DNA of 64,000 nt from Candidatus Multivoradales bacterium. Lineage in GTDB: Bacteria > Acidobacteriota > Thermoanaerobaculia > Multivoradales > JAHEKO01. Positions 26,222-38,605 of the stretch are shown here, in pieces. Both the position numbers and the translations under genes were made by a program. The stretch is from positions 800,001 to 864,000 of the forward strand of contig CBDCXM010000009.1 of the NCBI GenBank assembly GCA_965223855.1. The letters are read 5' to 3'. Within the stretch, counting starts at the first letter, position 1. Each line of letters opens with the position of its first letter. The notes beneath the pieces were generated by a model, which saw only the letters and a program-made list of their open reading frames with translations, did not search any database and was not told where the DNA came from.

Positions 26222-27036
26222 CACGCCACGACCACGAAACGCTCCTCGCCTCGATCCCGGCCTACGTCCTCGGTGCGCTCGACCGTGCCGATTCCGAGGC
26301 GCTCGAGCAGCATCTCGCCGCCGGCTGTGCCGAGTGCGACGAGGCGATGCTCCAGGCGACCCGCGGTCTGGAGGCGCTCGCCGACACCGTCGAGCCGGTG
26401 GCACCGTCCGACCTGGTGCGCGGGCGGGTGCTGGCGCAGACCGTCTCCGACAGCGAGGCGCATGCGATGGAGACCCAGCCGATCGAGCCGGTACGGCGCA
26501 TCCGCTGGTGGCCGGTGGTGGCCGCCGCCTCGCTGGCGGTCCTCGTTTGGAGCGGTTTCGAGCAACGGGAGTTGCGCCGTCAGGTCGAGGGTCTGGCGCT
26601 CGACCGCGACCACGCCAACGAGTCGCTCCGCCACCTCGAACGCTCGCTGGGCGAGGCGGAACAGCGACTGCGGCGCTACGAGCTCGCCAGCCGCATCGCC
26701 GCTTCGCCGGCGATGCGCACTGTGCGGCTCGCCGGTCTCGAAGCGGCGCCCGAGGCGCAGGCACAGGCATTGATCGAGGGGGGAGAGGCGAAGGCGGTGC
26801 TCTACGTCAGCAACCTCCAGCCGGCGGGTGCCGACCGGACCTATCAGCTGTGGATCATCGTCGGCGGCACGCCGGTGTCGGCCGGACTCTTCGATGTCGA
26901 CGCCGGCGGCGGCGCATCGGTGCTGGTGGAAGACCTCGAGCGCCTCGACGAGATCGAGGCGTGGGCGGTGACGCTCGAGCCGAGCGGCGGAGTGCCGCAG
27001 CCGACCGGGCCGATGGTGCTGATGGGCACCGCCTGA
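26218..27036 (+). CDS. Anti-sigma factor, RskA-like, with N-terminal zinc finger
   Basis: ATGA overlap with sigma gene; YVLGALD, HLAAGCAEC, TM helix, RTYQLWII....PVSAGLF, AVTLEPSGGVPQPTGP. Confidence 0.88.
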   Translation: MTRHDHETLLASIPAYVLGALDRADSEALEQHLAAGCAECDEAMLQATRGLEALADTVEPVAPSDLVRGRVLAQTVSDSEAHAMETQPIEPVRRIRWWPVVAAASLAVLVWSGFEQRELRRQVEGLALDRDHANESLRHLERSLGEAEQRLRRYELASRIAASPAMRTVRLAGLEAAPEAQAQALIEGGEAKAVLYVSNLQPAGADRTYQLWIIVGGTPVSAGLFDVDAGGGASVLVEDLERLDEIEAWAVTLEPSGGVPQPTGPMVLMGTA

Positions 27037-27072
27037 CCGGCCTGAGTCCCCTTCGATCCCTCTTTCAGCTCA

Positions 27073-29379
27073 ATGAAGAGAGTTTCTCTCCACCCCGATG
27101 TCGAGGATAAGGTCCTCGACCACCTCGTGGTCCACTATGGAGTAGGGCGCGACCTCGCCGAGCCGCTCCGCCGTCTGTCGGGAGAGAACCTCAACGTCGC
27201 GGTCGCGGCCGGCGGCGTGAAGGGTGTGTTCAAGGTAGCGACCCAGGGGCAGTCGTGGGAGGCGGTCGACTTCGAGCACCGCCTGACCGCCTCGCTCGCC
27301 GAGCAGGGGGGGCTCGAGTTGCCGCTCTCGGTCGCCGCCGTCGACGGCAGCTTCGTCACCGGTTTCCGCGATCCACAGGGCCGCGAGTGGCCGGCACGCC
27401 TCCTGCGGCGCCTCTCAGGCACCCCCTGGGGGGAGCTCGACGACAGGCCGGTCGAGCTTCATGCCGATCTGGGGCGGAATCTCGGTCGGCTCGCCCGGCG
27501 GCTGGCGGCGTTCGAGGAGGGCGGCCCCGCTCTAGCGGCGACCGCCAACGAGCCATGGGATCTCACGCGGGCGCACCAGCACCGCGCCGCGGTGGCGCTC
27601 GTCCCCGATCTCGACCGCCGGCTCGAGCTCGATCAGGCGTTGAGGATCTTCCAGGCCGCCCGCGCCGACCTCGAAGCTCTCCCGCGGACCCTGATCCACG
27701 GCGACGTCAACGACGAGAACGTGCTGTGCCGGGGCGGCAGGGTGTCGGGGCTGATCGACTTCGGCGACGTCTGCCGGGCGCCCCAGGTAGTGGAGCTCGC
27801 GATCGCCTGCACCTACGCACTGCTCCACGAGCCTCCCGAGCGGGTCGCCCACCTCGTCGCCGGCTACCACGCCGAACGGCCCCTCGAGCAGGCCGAGATG
27901 GAGCTGGTGGTGCCGCTCGTCTTCGGTCGCCTCGCCACCAGCGCGGCGATGGCGGCGCGGCGGCGCCGCGACGAGCCCGAACACCCGACCTGGTTCGCCT
28001 CCGAGGCGGCGGTGTGGCGAGTCCTGTCGAGCGTCCTGGCCGCGGGGCCGCGAGCCCTGGGTGACGTGCTGCTCGGAGAGATCGTCGAGCGTCCTGCCTC
28101 GCCGACGGCCGAAGCCCTGATGACCGAGCGCCGGCGTCGCATCGGCCCTTCGCTGTCGGTCTCCTACGACTCGCCGCTGGTGATCGAGCGCGGGCGTGGC
28201 CCGTACCTGATCGATCGCGACGGCCGCCCGTTCCTGGACCTCGTCAACAACGTCTGCCATGTCGGCCATTGCCATCCTCGGGTGGTCGCCGCCGGTCAGC
28301 GGCAGATGGCGCGCCTCAACACCAACAGCCGCTACCTCTATCCGGGGATGACCGCCTACGCCGAGCGGCTGTGCGAGACCCTGCCAGAGCGCTTCGAGAT
28401 CTGCTACTTCGTCAACTCGGGGAGCGAAGCGAACGAGCTGGCGCTGCGCCTCGCGCACGCCGCGACCGGCCGCCGCGGGGTGCTGGTGGTCGACGGCGCG
28501 TACCACGGCAACACGGCGCGACTGGTGGCGGCGAGCCCCTACAAGTTCCTCGGCCCCGGGGGGAGCGGCCGCCCCGCGCCATGGCTCGCCACCGCACCGA
28601 TGCCCGACGTCTATCGCGGGCCTCACCGCGACGGCGCCGCCTATGCGGAGACGGTGCGAGCGGCGCTCGCCGCCGCCGCCGAGCCGGTGGGGGCGTTCCT
28701 GATCGAGCCGCTCCTCGGGTGCGGCGGCCAGATCGTCCCGCCGGAGGGCTATCTCGCCGCGGCCTTCGAGCACGCCCGCGCCGCCGGCGCGGTGCCGATC
28801 GCCGACGAGGTACAGGTCGGCTTCGGCCGCGTCGGCACTCACTTCTGGGCCTTCGAGGCCCAGGGCGCCGAGCCCGACATCGTCGTCGCCGGCAAGCCGA
28901 TCGGCAACGGTCACCCGATGTCGGCGGTCGTCACCACGCGGGCGATCGCCGAAGCGTTCGCCAACGGCATGGAGTTCTTCAGCACCTTCGGCGGCAACCC
29001 GGTGTCGTGCGCGATCGGCATGGCGGTGCTCGACGTCATCGAGGAGGAGGGTCTGCAACAGCACGCTCTCGAGGTCGGCGCGCGGTTTCGCAGCGGCCTC
29101 GAGGAGCTCGCTTCACGTCATCCGGCGATCGGTGACGTGCGCGGCCTCGGGCTCTTCGTCGGCGTCGAGCTGGTGGTCGACCGCGAGAGCCGTGAGCCGG
29201 CGGCTGCGCTCGCTACTGCTGTGATCGACCGGATGCGCCGGCACGGCGTCCTGCTGTCGACCGACGGGCCGCTCCACAACGTGCTCAAGATCAAGCCGCC
29301 GATGGTGCTCGACGCCGAAGACGTGGCGGCCGCGCTGCGGGCTCTCGACGAAGCGCTGAGCGTCGCGACTAGAACGTAA
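27073..29379 (+). CDS. Fused APH-type phosphotransferase and class-III aminotransferase-fold enzyme (hydroxylysine kinase/phospho-lyase-like)
   Basis: [12 protein letters not shown] and GLIDFGD (APH kinase); then [71 protein letters not shown]. Confidence 0.85.
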   Translation: MKRVSLHPDVEDKVLDHLVVHYGVGRDLAEPLRRLSGENLNVAVAAGGVKGVFKVATQGQSWEAVDFEHRLTASLAEQGGLELPLSVAAVDGSFVTGFRDPQGREWPARLLRRLSGTPWGELDDRPVELHADLGRNLGRLARRLAAFEEGGPALAATANEPWDLTRAHQHRAAVALVPDLDRRLELDQALRIFQAARADLEALPRTLIHGDVNDENVLCRGGRVSGLIDFGDVCRAPQVVELAIACTYALLHEPPERVAHLVAGYHAERPLEQAEMELVVPLVFGRLATSAAMAARRRRDEPEHPTWFASEAAVWRVLSSVLAAGPRALGDVLLGEIVERPASPTAEALMTERRRRIGPSLSVSYDSPLVIERGRGPYLIDRDGRPFLDLVNNVCHVGHCHPRVVAAGQRQMARLNTNSRYLYPGMTAYAERLCETLPERFEICYFVNSGSEANELALRLAHAATGRRGVLVVDGAYHGNTARLVAASPYKFLGPGGSGRPAPWLATAPMPDVYRGPHRDGAAYAETVRAALAAAAEPVGAFLIEPLLGCGGQIVPPEGYLAAAFEHARAAGAVPIADEVQVGFGRVGTHFWAFEAQGAEPDIVVAGKPIGNGHPMSAVVTTRAIAEAFANGMEFFSTFGGNPVSCAIGMAVLDVIEEEGLQQHALEVGARFRSGLEELASRHPAIGDVRGLGLFVGVELVVDRESREPAAALATAVIDRMRRHGVLLSTDGPLHNVLKIKPPMVLDAEDVAAALRALDEALSVATRT

Positions 29380-30445
29380 AGTCGACGCCGAAGAGCGCCC
29401 GCACCTCGCGATCGCCGCCGTCGAGCCCCTCGATCGCATTGGCGGCGAACACCAGCCCGGCCTTGCCGACCACGTGGCCGATCGAGATGCCGAGGACCAG
29501 CTGGTCGAACGGGTCGTCGGTCATGTTGGTGCCGAAGACGAGGCCCCAGGAACGGCGAAAGCGCGACTTGCGGCCGGGCGAAACGTCGAGTCGCGGGCGC
29601 TGGCCGGGAAAGTAGAACTTGGCGAGAGCGTAGGCGTTGAAGTGTGGGTCGGAAGAGGTCTCGCCGAGAGCGGTGTCGTCGACGCCGAAGGTCGCTCCCA
29701 GACCGACGCTGAAGGCGGTCGAGCTGGCGCGCGAGTTCGAGAGGTGAGCGGTGATCGACTGGAAGTTGACCGGGCTCCCCGACGCCGGCGACAGGGTCAG
29801 CCGCGAGACGATGTCGGCGGCGATCGGCAGACGCGTGCTGCCGATGTAGAGCGGGTTGTCGTCCTCCGCCCCGGCGAGGCGACGCCAGCTCAGCGTCTTC
29901 TCCTCCGCGGAGCTCTGGGACGTCGGCGCCGTCGAGCCGGCATCGACGCCGAAGAGACCGATCATGCCGGCGAACGGGTTGACCTCCTTCTCCTGGATGG
30001 TCGTCAGCTGGGCGTTCATCTCGACCTTTTCGTCGGACACGACGAGCACCCAGAGATGCTCGACGCCCAGCAGGTACGGTGTGTTGCGGCGGTCGAAGAT
30101 CAGAAGCGGCTGGCCGACCTCCAGGGTGCCGTCCTCGGCCTTGCGCAGTCGGACGATGAAGTCCGGCAGGTCGTCGCGATAGCTCCCCTGGAAGAGGGTT
30201 CGCAGCAGCTCCTCGCCCGGCTCGCAGACCTCCTCGATCCGCGTGCACTCCGCCTCGGCCCTTGCCAGCAGGCGCCGCACCGGCGTGTCGTCCTGGTGGA
30301 TCGGCATCGCGTCGAAGTAGGAGGCGGGGCTCTGAGGATCGAGCTTGGTCTTCTTCTTGCGCGGCGACTGCGCGCTCGTGCTCGGGGTCGTCAGGGCGAC
30401 GGCGATCAGCGCCGCCAGCGCGATCGTGCTCGAACGTCGGATCAT
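29369..30445 (-). CDS. Secreted hypothetical protein, possible C-terminal outer-membrane beta domain
   Basis: GAGGAG RBS; signal peptide [18 protein letters not shown]; alternating beta strands ending [11 protein letters not shown]. Confidence 0.55.
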   Translation of the reverse strand: MIRRSSTIALAALIAVALTTPSTSAQSPRKKKTKLDPQSPASYFDAMPIHQDDTPVRRLLARAEAECTRIEEVCEPGEELLRTLFQGSYRDDLPDFIVRLRKAEDGTLEVGQPLLIFDRRNTPYLLGVEHLWVLVVSDEKVEMNAQLTTIQEKEVNPFAGMIGLFGVDAGSTAPTSQSSAEEKTLSWRRLAGAEDDNPLYIGSTRLPIAADIVSRLTLSPASGSPVNFQSITAHLSNSRASSTAFSVGLGATFGVDDTALGETSSDPHFNAYALAKFYFPGQRPRLDVSPGRKSRFRRSWGLVFGTNMTDDPFDQLVLGISIGHVVGKAGLVFAANAIEGLDGGDREVRALFGVDFTF

Positions 30446-30603
30446 CGGTCTCTCCTCGTGGAAAGCTCGCCTTCGGGGGAGGCTGCGCTCTTGGGGGAAC
30501 GCGCGAAGTCTAGCCTGAACGCCCCCCGACTTCCCGCCCGGGCCGCGTCCTGCTGAATCTGCGGCTTCGCCCTGCTTCTCGATGCATCCACGGCTGCGGG
30601 GAC

Positions 30604-32055
30604 TCAGGTCAAAGAGCCTTCTCTCTCGAGCGCCTGCGGCGAGGAGGGCTTGATACCGAAGGAGCCGAACCGCGAGCCGAAGGCGACCAGCAACGAGAAC
30701 AGCGGGCCGCCGTAACAGAACGCCGCCCATGGCGCGTACTCGACGGTCGGCACCCCGAGGGTCGTCGCCATGAAGATCCCCGACACCGTCCATGGCATCA
30801 GCGCCTCGACCACCGTCACCGAATCCTCGAGCGAGCGCGACAGGTTCTCCGGCGCCAGTCCGCGGTCACGGTAGGCGGGCTGGAACATCTCGCCGACGAT
30901 CAGCGCGGTGACCCCGGCGTGGCTGGTGAGCGAGATCATCGTCATGCCTGCGGCGAGCGTCGAGACGATCAGGCCGAAGGTCGAGCGCACGACCCCGAGC
31001 AGGGCGCCGAGGATCCGAGCGAGGGCACCGGAGACGTCCATCGCGGCGGCGAGCACGAACGCCGCGATGACGACGATCAGGGTGTTCGCCATCGAATAGA
31101 GACCCCCCCGATCGACCAGCGTCTCGAGGAGCGGACTCACGGCCGCCGGATCGATGTTGCGACTCGCCAGCATCTGCGGGTCGAAGCCGCTGACCGCCGC
31201 CGCCAGCACCTGATCGAGGCCGAAGCCCTGCACCGCGATTCCCAGCACCATGGCGACCACCGAGGCGCCGGCGAGCACCAGCGCCGGCGGCCGGCGCGCG
31301 GCGACGCCGAGGAGCACGAGCGCCATCGGCATGAGCGCCCACGGCGAGGTGACGAAGGTCGACTCGATCTCGGTCGCCAGTTCGACCGCACCGGCGGGGG
31401 CGGCCTCGGTGGCGCCGCCGGCCCAGGCGAACACCGCCAGGGCGACGAGGAACGACGGCAGCGACGTGTAGAGCAGGTGGCGGATGTGAGCGTAGAGGTT
31501 CGCCCCAGCGCCGAGGGCGCAGATGTTGGTCGAGTCCGACAGCGCCGAGAGCTTGTCGCCGAAGTAGGCGCCCGACACGACCGCCCCGGCGGTCGCCGGC
31601 AGCGGGGAACCGACCGCGGTGGCGGCGCCCATCAGCGCGACGCCCAGCGTGCCGGCCGAGCCCCACGAGGTGCCGGTGGCGAGCGACATCGCCGCGGTCG
31701 AGAGGAACGCCGTGACGACGAACCAGCGTGGCTCCACCAGCTCGAGGCCGAGCTTCACCAGCAGCGGGATGGTGCCGGAGGCGACCCAGGTCCCGATCAG
31801 CATGCCGATCGCCAGCAGGATCAGGATCACCGGCAGCACGGCGGCGAGCTTGGTTCCGGTCGAGTGCTCGATGTCGCCCCAGGTGGCGCCGCGCCGCAGG
31901 GCGATCAACCCGGCGACCGAGGCGGCGGCGAGCATCGACGAGATCAGGATCTCGTTCGACAGGCCGAAGGTCAGCGCGCCGCCGGCGAAGCAGGCGACGA
32001 GTGTCACCAGCGGCGCCAGCGCCACGGCGAGCGGGATTTCGGGACGTCCCTGCAC
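30604..32055 (-). CDS. nhaC: NhaC-family Na+/H+ antiporter / amino-acid transporter
   Basis: IGMLIGTW..SGTIP, TGTSWGSAGT.G, AGAVVSGAYFGDKLS.LSDSTN, HIRHLLYT, LSRSLED, PW. Confidence 0.85.
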   Translation of the reverse strand: MQGRPEIPLAVALAPLVTLVACFAGGALTFGLSNEILISSMLAAASVAGLIALRRGATWGDIEHSTGTKLAAVLPVILILLAIGMLIGTWVASGTIPLLVKLGLELVEPRWFVVTAFLSTAAMSLATGTSWGSAGTLGVALMGAATAVGSPLPATAGAVVSGAYFGDKLSALSDSTNICALGAGANLYAHIRHLLYTSLPSFLVALAVFAWAGGATEAAPAGAVELATEIESTFVTSPWALMPMALVLLGVAARRPPALVLAGASVVAMVLGIAVQGFGLDQVLAAAVSGFDPQMLASRNIDPAAVSPLLETLVDRGGLYSMANTLIVVIAAFVLAAAMDVSGALARILGALLGVVRSTFGLIVSTLAAGMTMISLTSHAGVTALIVGEMFQPAYRDRGLAPENLSRSLEDSVTVVEALMPWTVSGIFMATTLGVPTVEYAPWAAFCYGGPLFSLLVAFGSRFGSFGIKPSSPQALEREGSLT

Positions 32056-32058
32056 CCG

Positions 32059-33237
32059 TCAGCCCGCCAGCGCCCGGCCGAGATCGGCGATCAGCTCGTC
32101 CGGCTCCTCGAGGCCGATCGACAGCCGCACCAGTCCGGGAGGCAGCCCGTGGCGCTCGAGCGCCGCCTCGTTGCCGCCGCGGTTGGGCGCCAGCACGAGG
32201 CTCTCGACCCCTCCCCACGAGACGCCGATGCGGAACAGGTCCAGGGCATCGACTGTCCGTGCGACGTTGACGGTGCTGCCGTCCTCGAGCTCGAAGGCGA
32301 GGAGGCCCGAGCAGCCGGACAGACTCGTCCTGGCGGCATCCGCGTTCGCGGCGAGGGCCGGGTGAAAGACCGTCCGCACCGCAGGATGTCCTGCGAGGAA
32401 GCGCGCCACGGCGATCCCCGAGGCGTGGTGACGCTCCATCCTCACCGGCAGCGTCCGCAGGCCGCGTTGCAGCAGGAAGGCGTCCCACGGCGCCAGCGTC
32501 GCGCCGCCCAGCAGGAAGCCGCGCTCGAAGATCGCCCGTACGCGGTCGCGGGCACCGACGACCGCGCCCGCCACCACGTCGCTGTGGCCGCCGATGTACT
32601 TGGTCGCAGAGTGCACCACCAGGTCGATCCCCGCCTCGAGCGGCTTCTGGAAGAGCGGCGACGCCCAGCTGTTGTCGTGCACCGTCACCGCGCCGTGGAC
32701 GCGGGCGAGCGCCGCCACCGCCGGCAGATCGACGAGCCGCATCAGCATCGTGCCGGGGCTCTCGATCCACACCAGCCGGGTGTTCGGGCGCAGCGCCGCC
32801 TCGACGGAGGCCGGCGCGACGTCGAGCAGCAGGTCGTGCTCGACGCCGAAGCGCTCCAGGTGGCGGGCGAGCTGCAGCGTCGGGCCGTAGGTCTGGTTGA
32901 CGAACAGCACGTGGTCGCCGGCAGCGAGCAGCGACACCAGCACGGCGTGGATCGCCCCCATGCCGGAGCCGAAGCACTTCGCCTCTTCACCGCGCTCGAG
33001 CCGCGCCAGCTTGTCCTCGAGCGCTTGCACCGTCGGATTGCGGCCGCGGGTGTAGACCGGGCGCTCGAACTCGGCGGCGAGCCCGGCGGCGAGCTCGGCA
33101 TGCGACGGCTGGGCGAACAGAGAGGTCTGCACCACCGGCGGTGCCAGGGCACCCCCCTGCGCCGCCAGATCCTCCTCGTGACCGAGGCAGATCCGGACGT
33201 CGACGGGGTCGATCCGCGGCGTCCACTCGGAAGGCAT
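32059..33237 (-). CDS. Cys/Met metabolism PLP enzyme (cystathionine gamma-lyase / methionine gamma-lyase family)
   Basis: PPVVQTSLF, YTRGRNPT, FGSGMGAI, ESPG, DNSWASP, HSATKYIGGHSD, IGVSWGGVESL, RLSIGLE. Confidence 0.88.
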   Translation of the reverse strand: MPSEWTPRIDPVDVRICLGHEEDLAAQGGALAPPVVQTSLFAQPSHAELAAGLAAEFERPVYTRGRNPTVQALEDKLARLERGEEAKCFGSGMGAIHAVLVSLLAAGDHVLFVNQTYGPTLQLARHLERFGVEHDLLLDVAPASVEAALRPNTRLVWIESPGTMLMRLVDLPAVAALARVHGAVTVHDNSWASPLFQKPLEAGIDLVVHSATKYIGGHSDVVAGAVVGARDRVRAIFERGFLLGGATLAPWDAFLLQRGLRTLPVRMERHHASGIAVARFLAGHPAVRTVFHPALAANADAARTSLSGCSGLLAFELEDGSTVNVARTVDALDLFRIGVSWGGVESLVLAPNRGGNEAALERHGLPPGLVRLSIGLEEPDELIADLGRALAG

Positions 33238-33270
33238 CGTCGGATCGTAGCGCTTCGGCCTTCTCCGCCC

Positions 33271-33657
33271 TCAGGCGTCCCTGGTCTGCTCAGGCTGCGA
33301 TTCCCCGAGCCTGAGGCCTTCCATCTCCATGCGAACCAGTAGGGCGCAAGCTGCAACTGGAGAGCGGAAGCGGGCGTGAAGTGCGCGCCCTGATTCGGAG
33401 GCTCTGTAGAGAAGCCAGTGGTCCCCGCTCTCCTCGAGACCCCAGGACGGTGTCCAACGCTTGTCCTCGGACAACCGCAACCACTCCTCGATCAGTGTCT
33501 GGTCTCGTCGCAGAACTGCCTCGATCGCGTCCTGGGTGATCTCCGAGTGGTGCAGGTCGTACCCGGCTTCTTCATAGATCTGGCGCGGCGTCATCTCGTG
33601 CTCGCTCCGATAGCGGCGAGCAAACTCGCAGATCCTGTTGATGGTGTCGTCGAGCAT
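33271..33657 (-). CDS. Hypothetical protein
   Basis: ORF between the ABC transporter and PLP enzyme with protein-like composition (WLRLSEDKRWTPSW); no recognised family; start uncertain. Confidence 0.5.
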   Translation of the reverse strand: MLDDTINRICEFARRYRSEHEMTPRQIYEEAGYDLHHSEITQDAIEAVLRRDQTLIEEWLRLSEDKRWTPSWGLEESGDHWLLYRASESGRALHARFRSPVAACALLVRMEMEGLRLGESQPEQTRDA

Positions 33658-33809
33658 TCGATAGAGGTCACCTGTGCTTGCTCCGACGGGCACCCGAATC
33701 GTAGCCCGTAGTGATTTGCGTCAGGATCAGATGCTGGCGGGTTTCGTCGCCGATGACGAAAGGACGAGTAGAGCCCGCGCGGGCGGAGGGGCCGGGGACT
33801 TTCCTGGGC

Positions 33810-35675
<1,866 letters not shown>

Positions 35676-35722
35676 GGGACCGGGAACCCTATCGCACGCG
35701 CTGCGGTAGCCTCGCCGGCGAC

Positions 35723-37144
35723 ATGAATGGAGCGCGAACGCCGAGGTCGGGCCCCTGCCGGAGGCGGTCGGCGATGGCGACGGTCCTGCTTGGCGTGCTG
35801 CTCGGCGTCCTGCTCTTCGGCCTGCCGCCGGGAGAGGCAGCGGCCGATCCGCTGCCTGCCGCCGACGAGCACCGGGTCGATCTCGGCAGCCACCGACTCC
35901 ACGCCGTCGTTCGCGGCAGCGGTACGCCGGTGCTGGTGTTCGACACCGGCATGGGAGACGCCCAGGAGGCGTGGGGCGACCTGCCCGCCGCGCTGGCAGA
36001 GCTGACGACCGTCGTCACCTACGATCGCGCCGGGCTCGGTGGCTCCGAAGCCGGCCCCGAGCCGCGCGATGCGATCGCGGTGACGGACGATCTGCGGGCG
36101 CTCCTGCAGGCGCTCGAGCTCGACCCTCCGTGGATACTGGTCGGGCACTCGCTCGGCGGCCTTCACATCAGCGTCTTTGCCGACCGGTTTCCGCACGAGG
36201 TAGCCGGCCTCGTGTTTCTCGACCCGACGACGAAGGGGATGCTGCAGAGCGTCCTGACCGAGGAGGGCCAGGCCGACGTGATGAGGCAACTCGAGGGCGA
36301 GAGCGAAGGGCTGCTCGCCGAGGCGCGCGGTGTGCCGGCACGGGTGCGCCGCCTCGCCGAGTGCGGCCCGCCTCCCGACGTCCCGGCCGTGGTCGTGAGC
36401 GCCGCCGCGCCTCCGGTGCTGCCCGAGGAGATGCGCGAAGAGGCCGCTGCCGCAGGCGTGACCCAGGAGCGGCTCGACGAGCTGCACCGGCTCAAGCTCA
36501 GCCTCCACGCCGAGCTGGCGGCCGGCTTCCCACGAGGCGGTCATCGTCGCGTCGACGATGCCCATCACTACGTACACCTCGATCGTCCGGAACTGGTTCG
36601 CGACGAGATCGCCGCGGTCGTCTCTCGAATCTGTGCCTCGCTCGCCCCCGGTGCGGCCTCCCCCGGGGTTCTGCAGCCGATGGACCGCGGGCGAAGTCAG
36701 GTCAGGCAGCGTCCGCCGGTTTCGGGAGACAATGGCTCCATGAAGACCGCCACCGGAACCTTCGAGGTCGAGCTGCGGCCCCTCGACCCCTACAACCAGG
36801 ATCCCGAGGCCAAGATCGGCCGCATGTCGATCGACAAGACCCTCGCCGGCGACCTCGTCGCCACCGGCAAGGGAGAGATGGTGAGCGGCGGTTCCCCCGC
36901 GGAAGGATCCGCCGGCTACGTCGCCATGGAGCGGATCACCGGCACTCTCCACGGCCGCGCGGGAAGCTTCCTGCTCCAGCACTCGGCGACCATGACCCCG
37001 GAGACTCAGCAGGCGACGATCACTGTCGTCCCCGGATCCGGCACCGGCGAGCTCTCGGGCCTCGCCGGCACCTTCGTCATCCGGATCGAGGACGGCGCGC
37101 ACTTCTACGACTTCGAGTACTCCCTGCCGTCGTCGTCGGACTGA
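35723..37144 (+). CDS. Exported alpha/beta hydrolase reading in frame into a DUF3224 domain
   Basis: YDRAGLG, GHSLGG nucleophile elbow, AHHYVHLDRPE; no stop before the DUF3224 part; start may be ATG 35774. Confidence 0.7.
   Translation: MNGARTPRSGPCRRRSAMATVLLGVLLGVLLFGLPPGEAAADPLPAADEHRVDLGSHRLHAVVRGSGTPVLVFDTGMGDAQEAWGDLPAALAELTTVVTYDRAGLGGSEAGPEPRDAIAVTDDLRALLQALELDPPWILVGHSLGGLHISVFADRFPHEVAGLVFLDPTTKGMLQSVLTEEGQADVMRQLEGESEGLLAEARGVPARVRRLAECGPPPDVPAVVVSAAAPPVLPEEMREEAAAAGVTQERLDELHRLKLSLHAELAAGFPRGGHRRVDDAHHYVHLDRPELVRDEIAAVVSRICASLAPGAASPGVLQPMDRGRSQVRQRPPVSGDNGSMKTATGTFEVELRPLDPYNQDPEAKIGRMSIDKTLAGDLVATGKGEMVSGGSPAEGSAGYVAMERITGTLHGRAGSFLLQHSATMTPETQQATITVVPGSGTGELSGLAGTFVIRIEDGAHFYDFEYSLPSSSD
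36740..37144 (+). CDS. DUF3224 family protein (probable internal start)
   Basis: GGGAG upstream of ATG; ATGTFEV, GSAGYVAMERITGTLHGRAGSFLLQH, VVPGSGTGELSGLAG, HFYDFEY. Confidence 0.75.
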   Translation: MKTATGTFEVELRPLDPYNQDPEAKIGRMSIDKTLAGDLVATGKGEMVSGGSPAEGSAGYVAMERITGTLHGRAGSFLLQHSATMTPETQQATITVVPGSGTGELSGLAGTFVIRIEDGAHFYDFEYSLPSSSD

Positions 37145-37177
37145 TCGACGGGGATCGAGAGCGGAGTCCGGCGGCCG

Positions 37178-37480
37178 GTGCAAATGGCGAGCACGGTCTT
37201 CGGCTGGCCCGCAGTCGCCACGTCGACGGCGCTGATGGCGGCCGGCCTCACGAGGCGCGAAGGCGGGTGGTGCGTGGCGAGTGCCGTCGTCCTGTCGCCC
37301 TTCGCTTTCTACCTGGGAGGCCAGCCGCTGACGCCGTGGGGCTACCTGCTTCCGGCCCTGCCGTTGATCGGCGCCGCGACGGCACGCCGCCGCCCGCAGG
37401 TCGGGTGGCTGTGCCTCGGGGCGATCGTCCTGGTCGCGATCTGGCTGGCATGGCGGGTGTTCGCGAGCCCTGTCGGCTGA
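37178..37480 (+). CDS. Small integral membrane protein
   Basis: Three to four hydrophobic segments; no recognised family. Confidence 0.5.
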   Translation: MQMASTVFGWPAVATSTALMAAGLTRREGGWCVASAVVLSPFAFYLGGQPLTPWGYLLPALPLIGAATARRRPQVGWLCLGAIVLVAIWLAWRVFASPVG

Positions 37481-37561
37481 GCGAGTGCCTCTCCAGCGAG
37501 GGGTGGCGGGGTGACCGCTGTGAAGCGCGAGACAGGGCCGGACGGATGGGTCGGCTAGGTT

Positions 37562-38569
37562 GTGAAGGTGTTCCTTCGAGCCTCTCTGTTCTGGGTGGTC
37601 TGGCTGGCCGTGTCGCTCCTCGCGACTGCGGCTCCGGGCGGTGACGGCTCTTCGCTGACGTTCTTCGTCAACGACCCGTTCGACTCGGACTACGGTCAGA
37701 TCCTCGACCTGCCGCCGACCTTCGGTACGGGGGAGTTCACCCTCGAGCTGTGGATTCGTCCCGACGACAGCTTCCCGGTCGGCGACACCAGCTGCTGCGC
37801 CGGACAGCGCCTCAACTGGTCGGACGCCGACGTCGAGCCCTATTCCAGCGGCAGCTGGTGGTTCACCGGCAACTTCCTGCTCGACGGCCACAACAACGTC
37901 GACTTCGCGAGCGGCACCTTCTCGCTCCAGTTCTACGGCAGCGGCCGGGTGCGCTGGCTCTTTGGCGACGGCGCCTCACCGACCGGCGGCAACTGGTCGG
38001 TCGGCGCCTACCCGGCGACCGGCACCGCCTCGCTGCTGGACGGCAACTGGCACCACCTGACCCTGGTGCGGCGCTGGGAGGGAGCGAGCGCCGCCCGCCT
38101 CGAGTTGTGGGTGGACGGCCAGGCGGTCGCCGCCGAGATCACCCCGGTTCGCACCGACATGCAGGCCGCCTACTGGAGCGACTGGTCGGGCTTCCCGACC
38201 GGCCAGGAGGGATGGTTCTGGGGTGCCGAGAAGCAGGCGGCGATCGGCCTGCTCAGCCAGTACGAGGACTACAAGGGCCCGATCGACGAGCTGCGCTTCT
38301 GGGACCGGGCGAAGAGCCCCGGCGAGATCGGCACCGGCTGGAACCTCCCCGTCGACGGCACCGAGCCGGGCCTCGTCGGCTGGTTCCGCTTCAACGAGGG
38401 TGCCGGAGTCGTCACCTGCGATGAACTCACCCCGGCGCGCTGCATCGATCTGTTCGACATGAAGCCCGGCTACTGGTCCGACGACGAGCCGCCGCTCGGC
38501 GGCGGTGAGATCTTCAGCGACGGGTTCGAGAGCGGGGACGTCGGCGCCTGGTCGAACAGCGTTCCGTAG
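37562..38569 (+). CDS. Secreted LamG-like jelly-roll protein with IFSDGFESG tail
   Basis: Signal peptide; FTLELWIRP, DGNWHHLTLV, LWVDG, GPIDELRFW, GLVGWFRFNEG; ends IFSDGFESGDVGAWSNSVP. Confidence 0.82.
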   Translation: MKVFLRASLFWVVWLAVSLLATAAPGGDGSSLTFFVNDPFDSDYGQILDLPPTFGTGEFTLELWIRPDDSFPVGDTSCCAGQRLNWSDADVEPYSSGSWWFTGNFLLDGHNNVDFASGTFSLQFYGSGRVRWLFGDGASPTGGNWSVGAYPATGTASLLDGNWHHLTLVRRWEGASAARLELWVDGQAVAAEITPVRTDMQAAYWSDWSGFPTGQEGWFWGAEKQAAIGLLSQYEDYKGPIDELRFWDRAKSPGEIGTGWNLPVDGTEPGLVGWFRFNEGAGVVTCDELTPARCIDLFDMKPGYWSDDEPPLGGGEIFSDGFESGDVGAWSNSVP

Positions 38570-38605
38570 CCGGCATAGAACGGAGTGCCGGTCCTCGAGA
38601 TCCGC

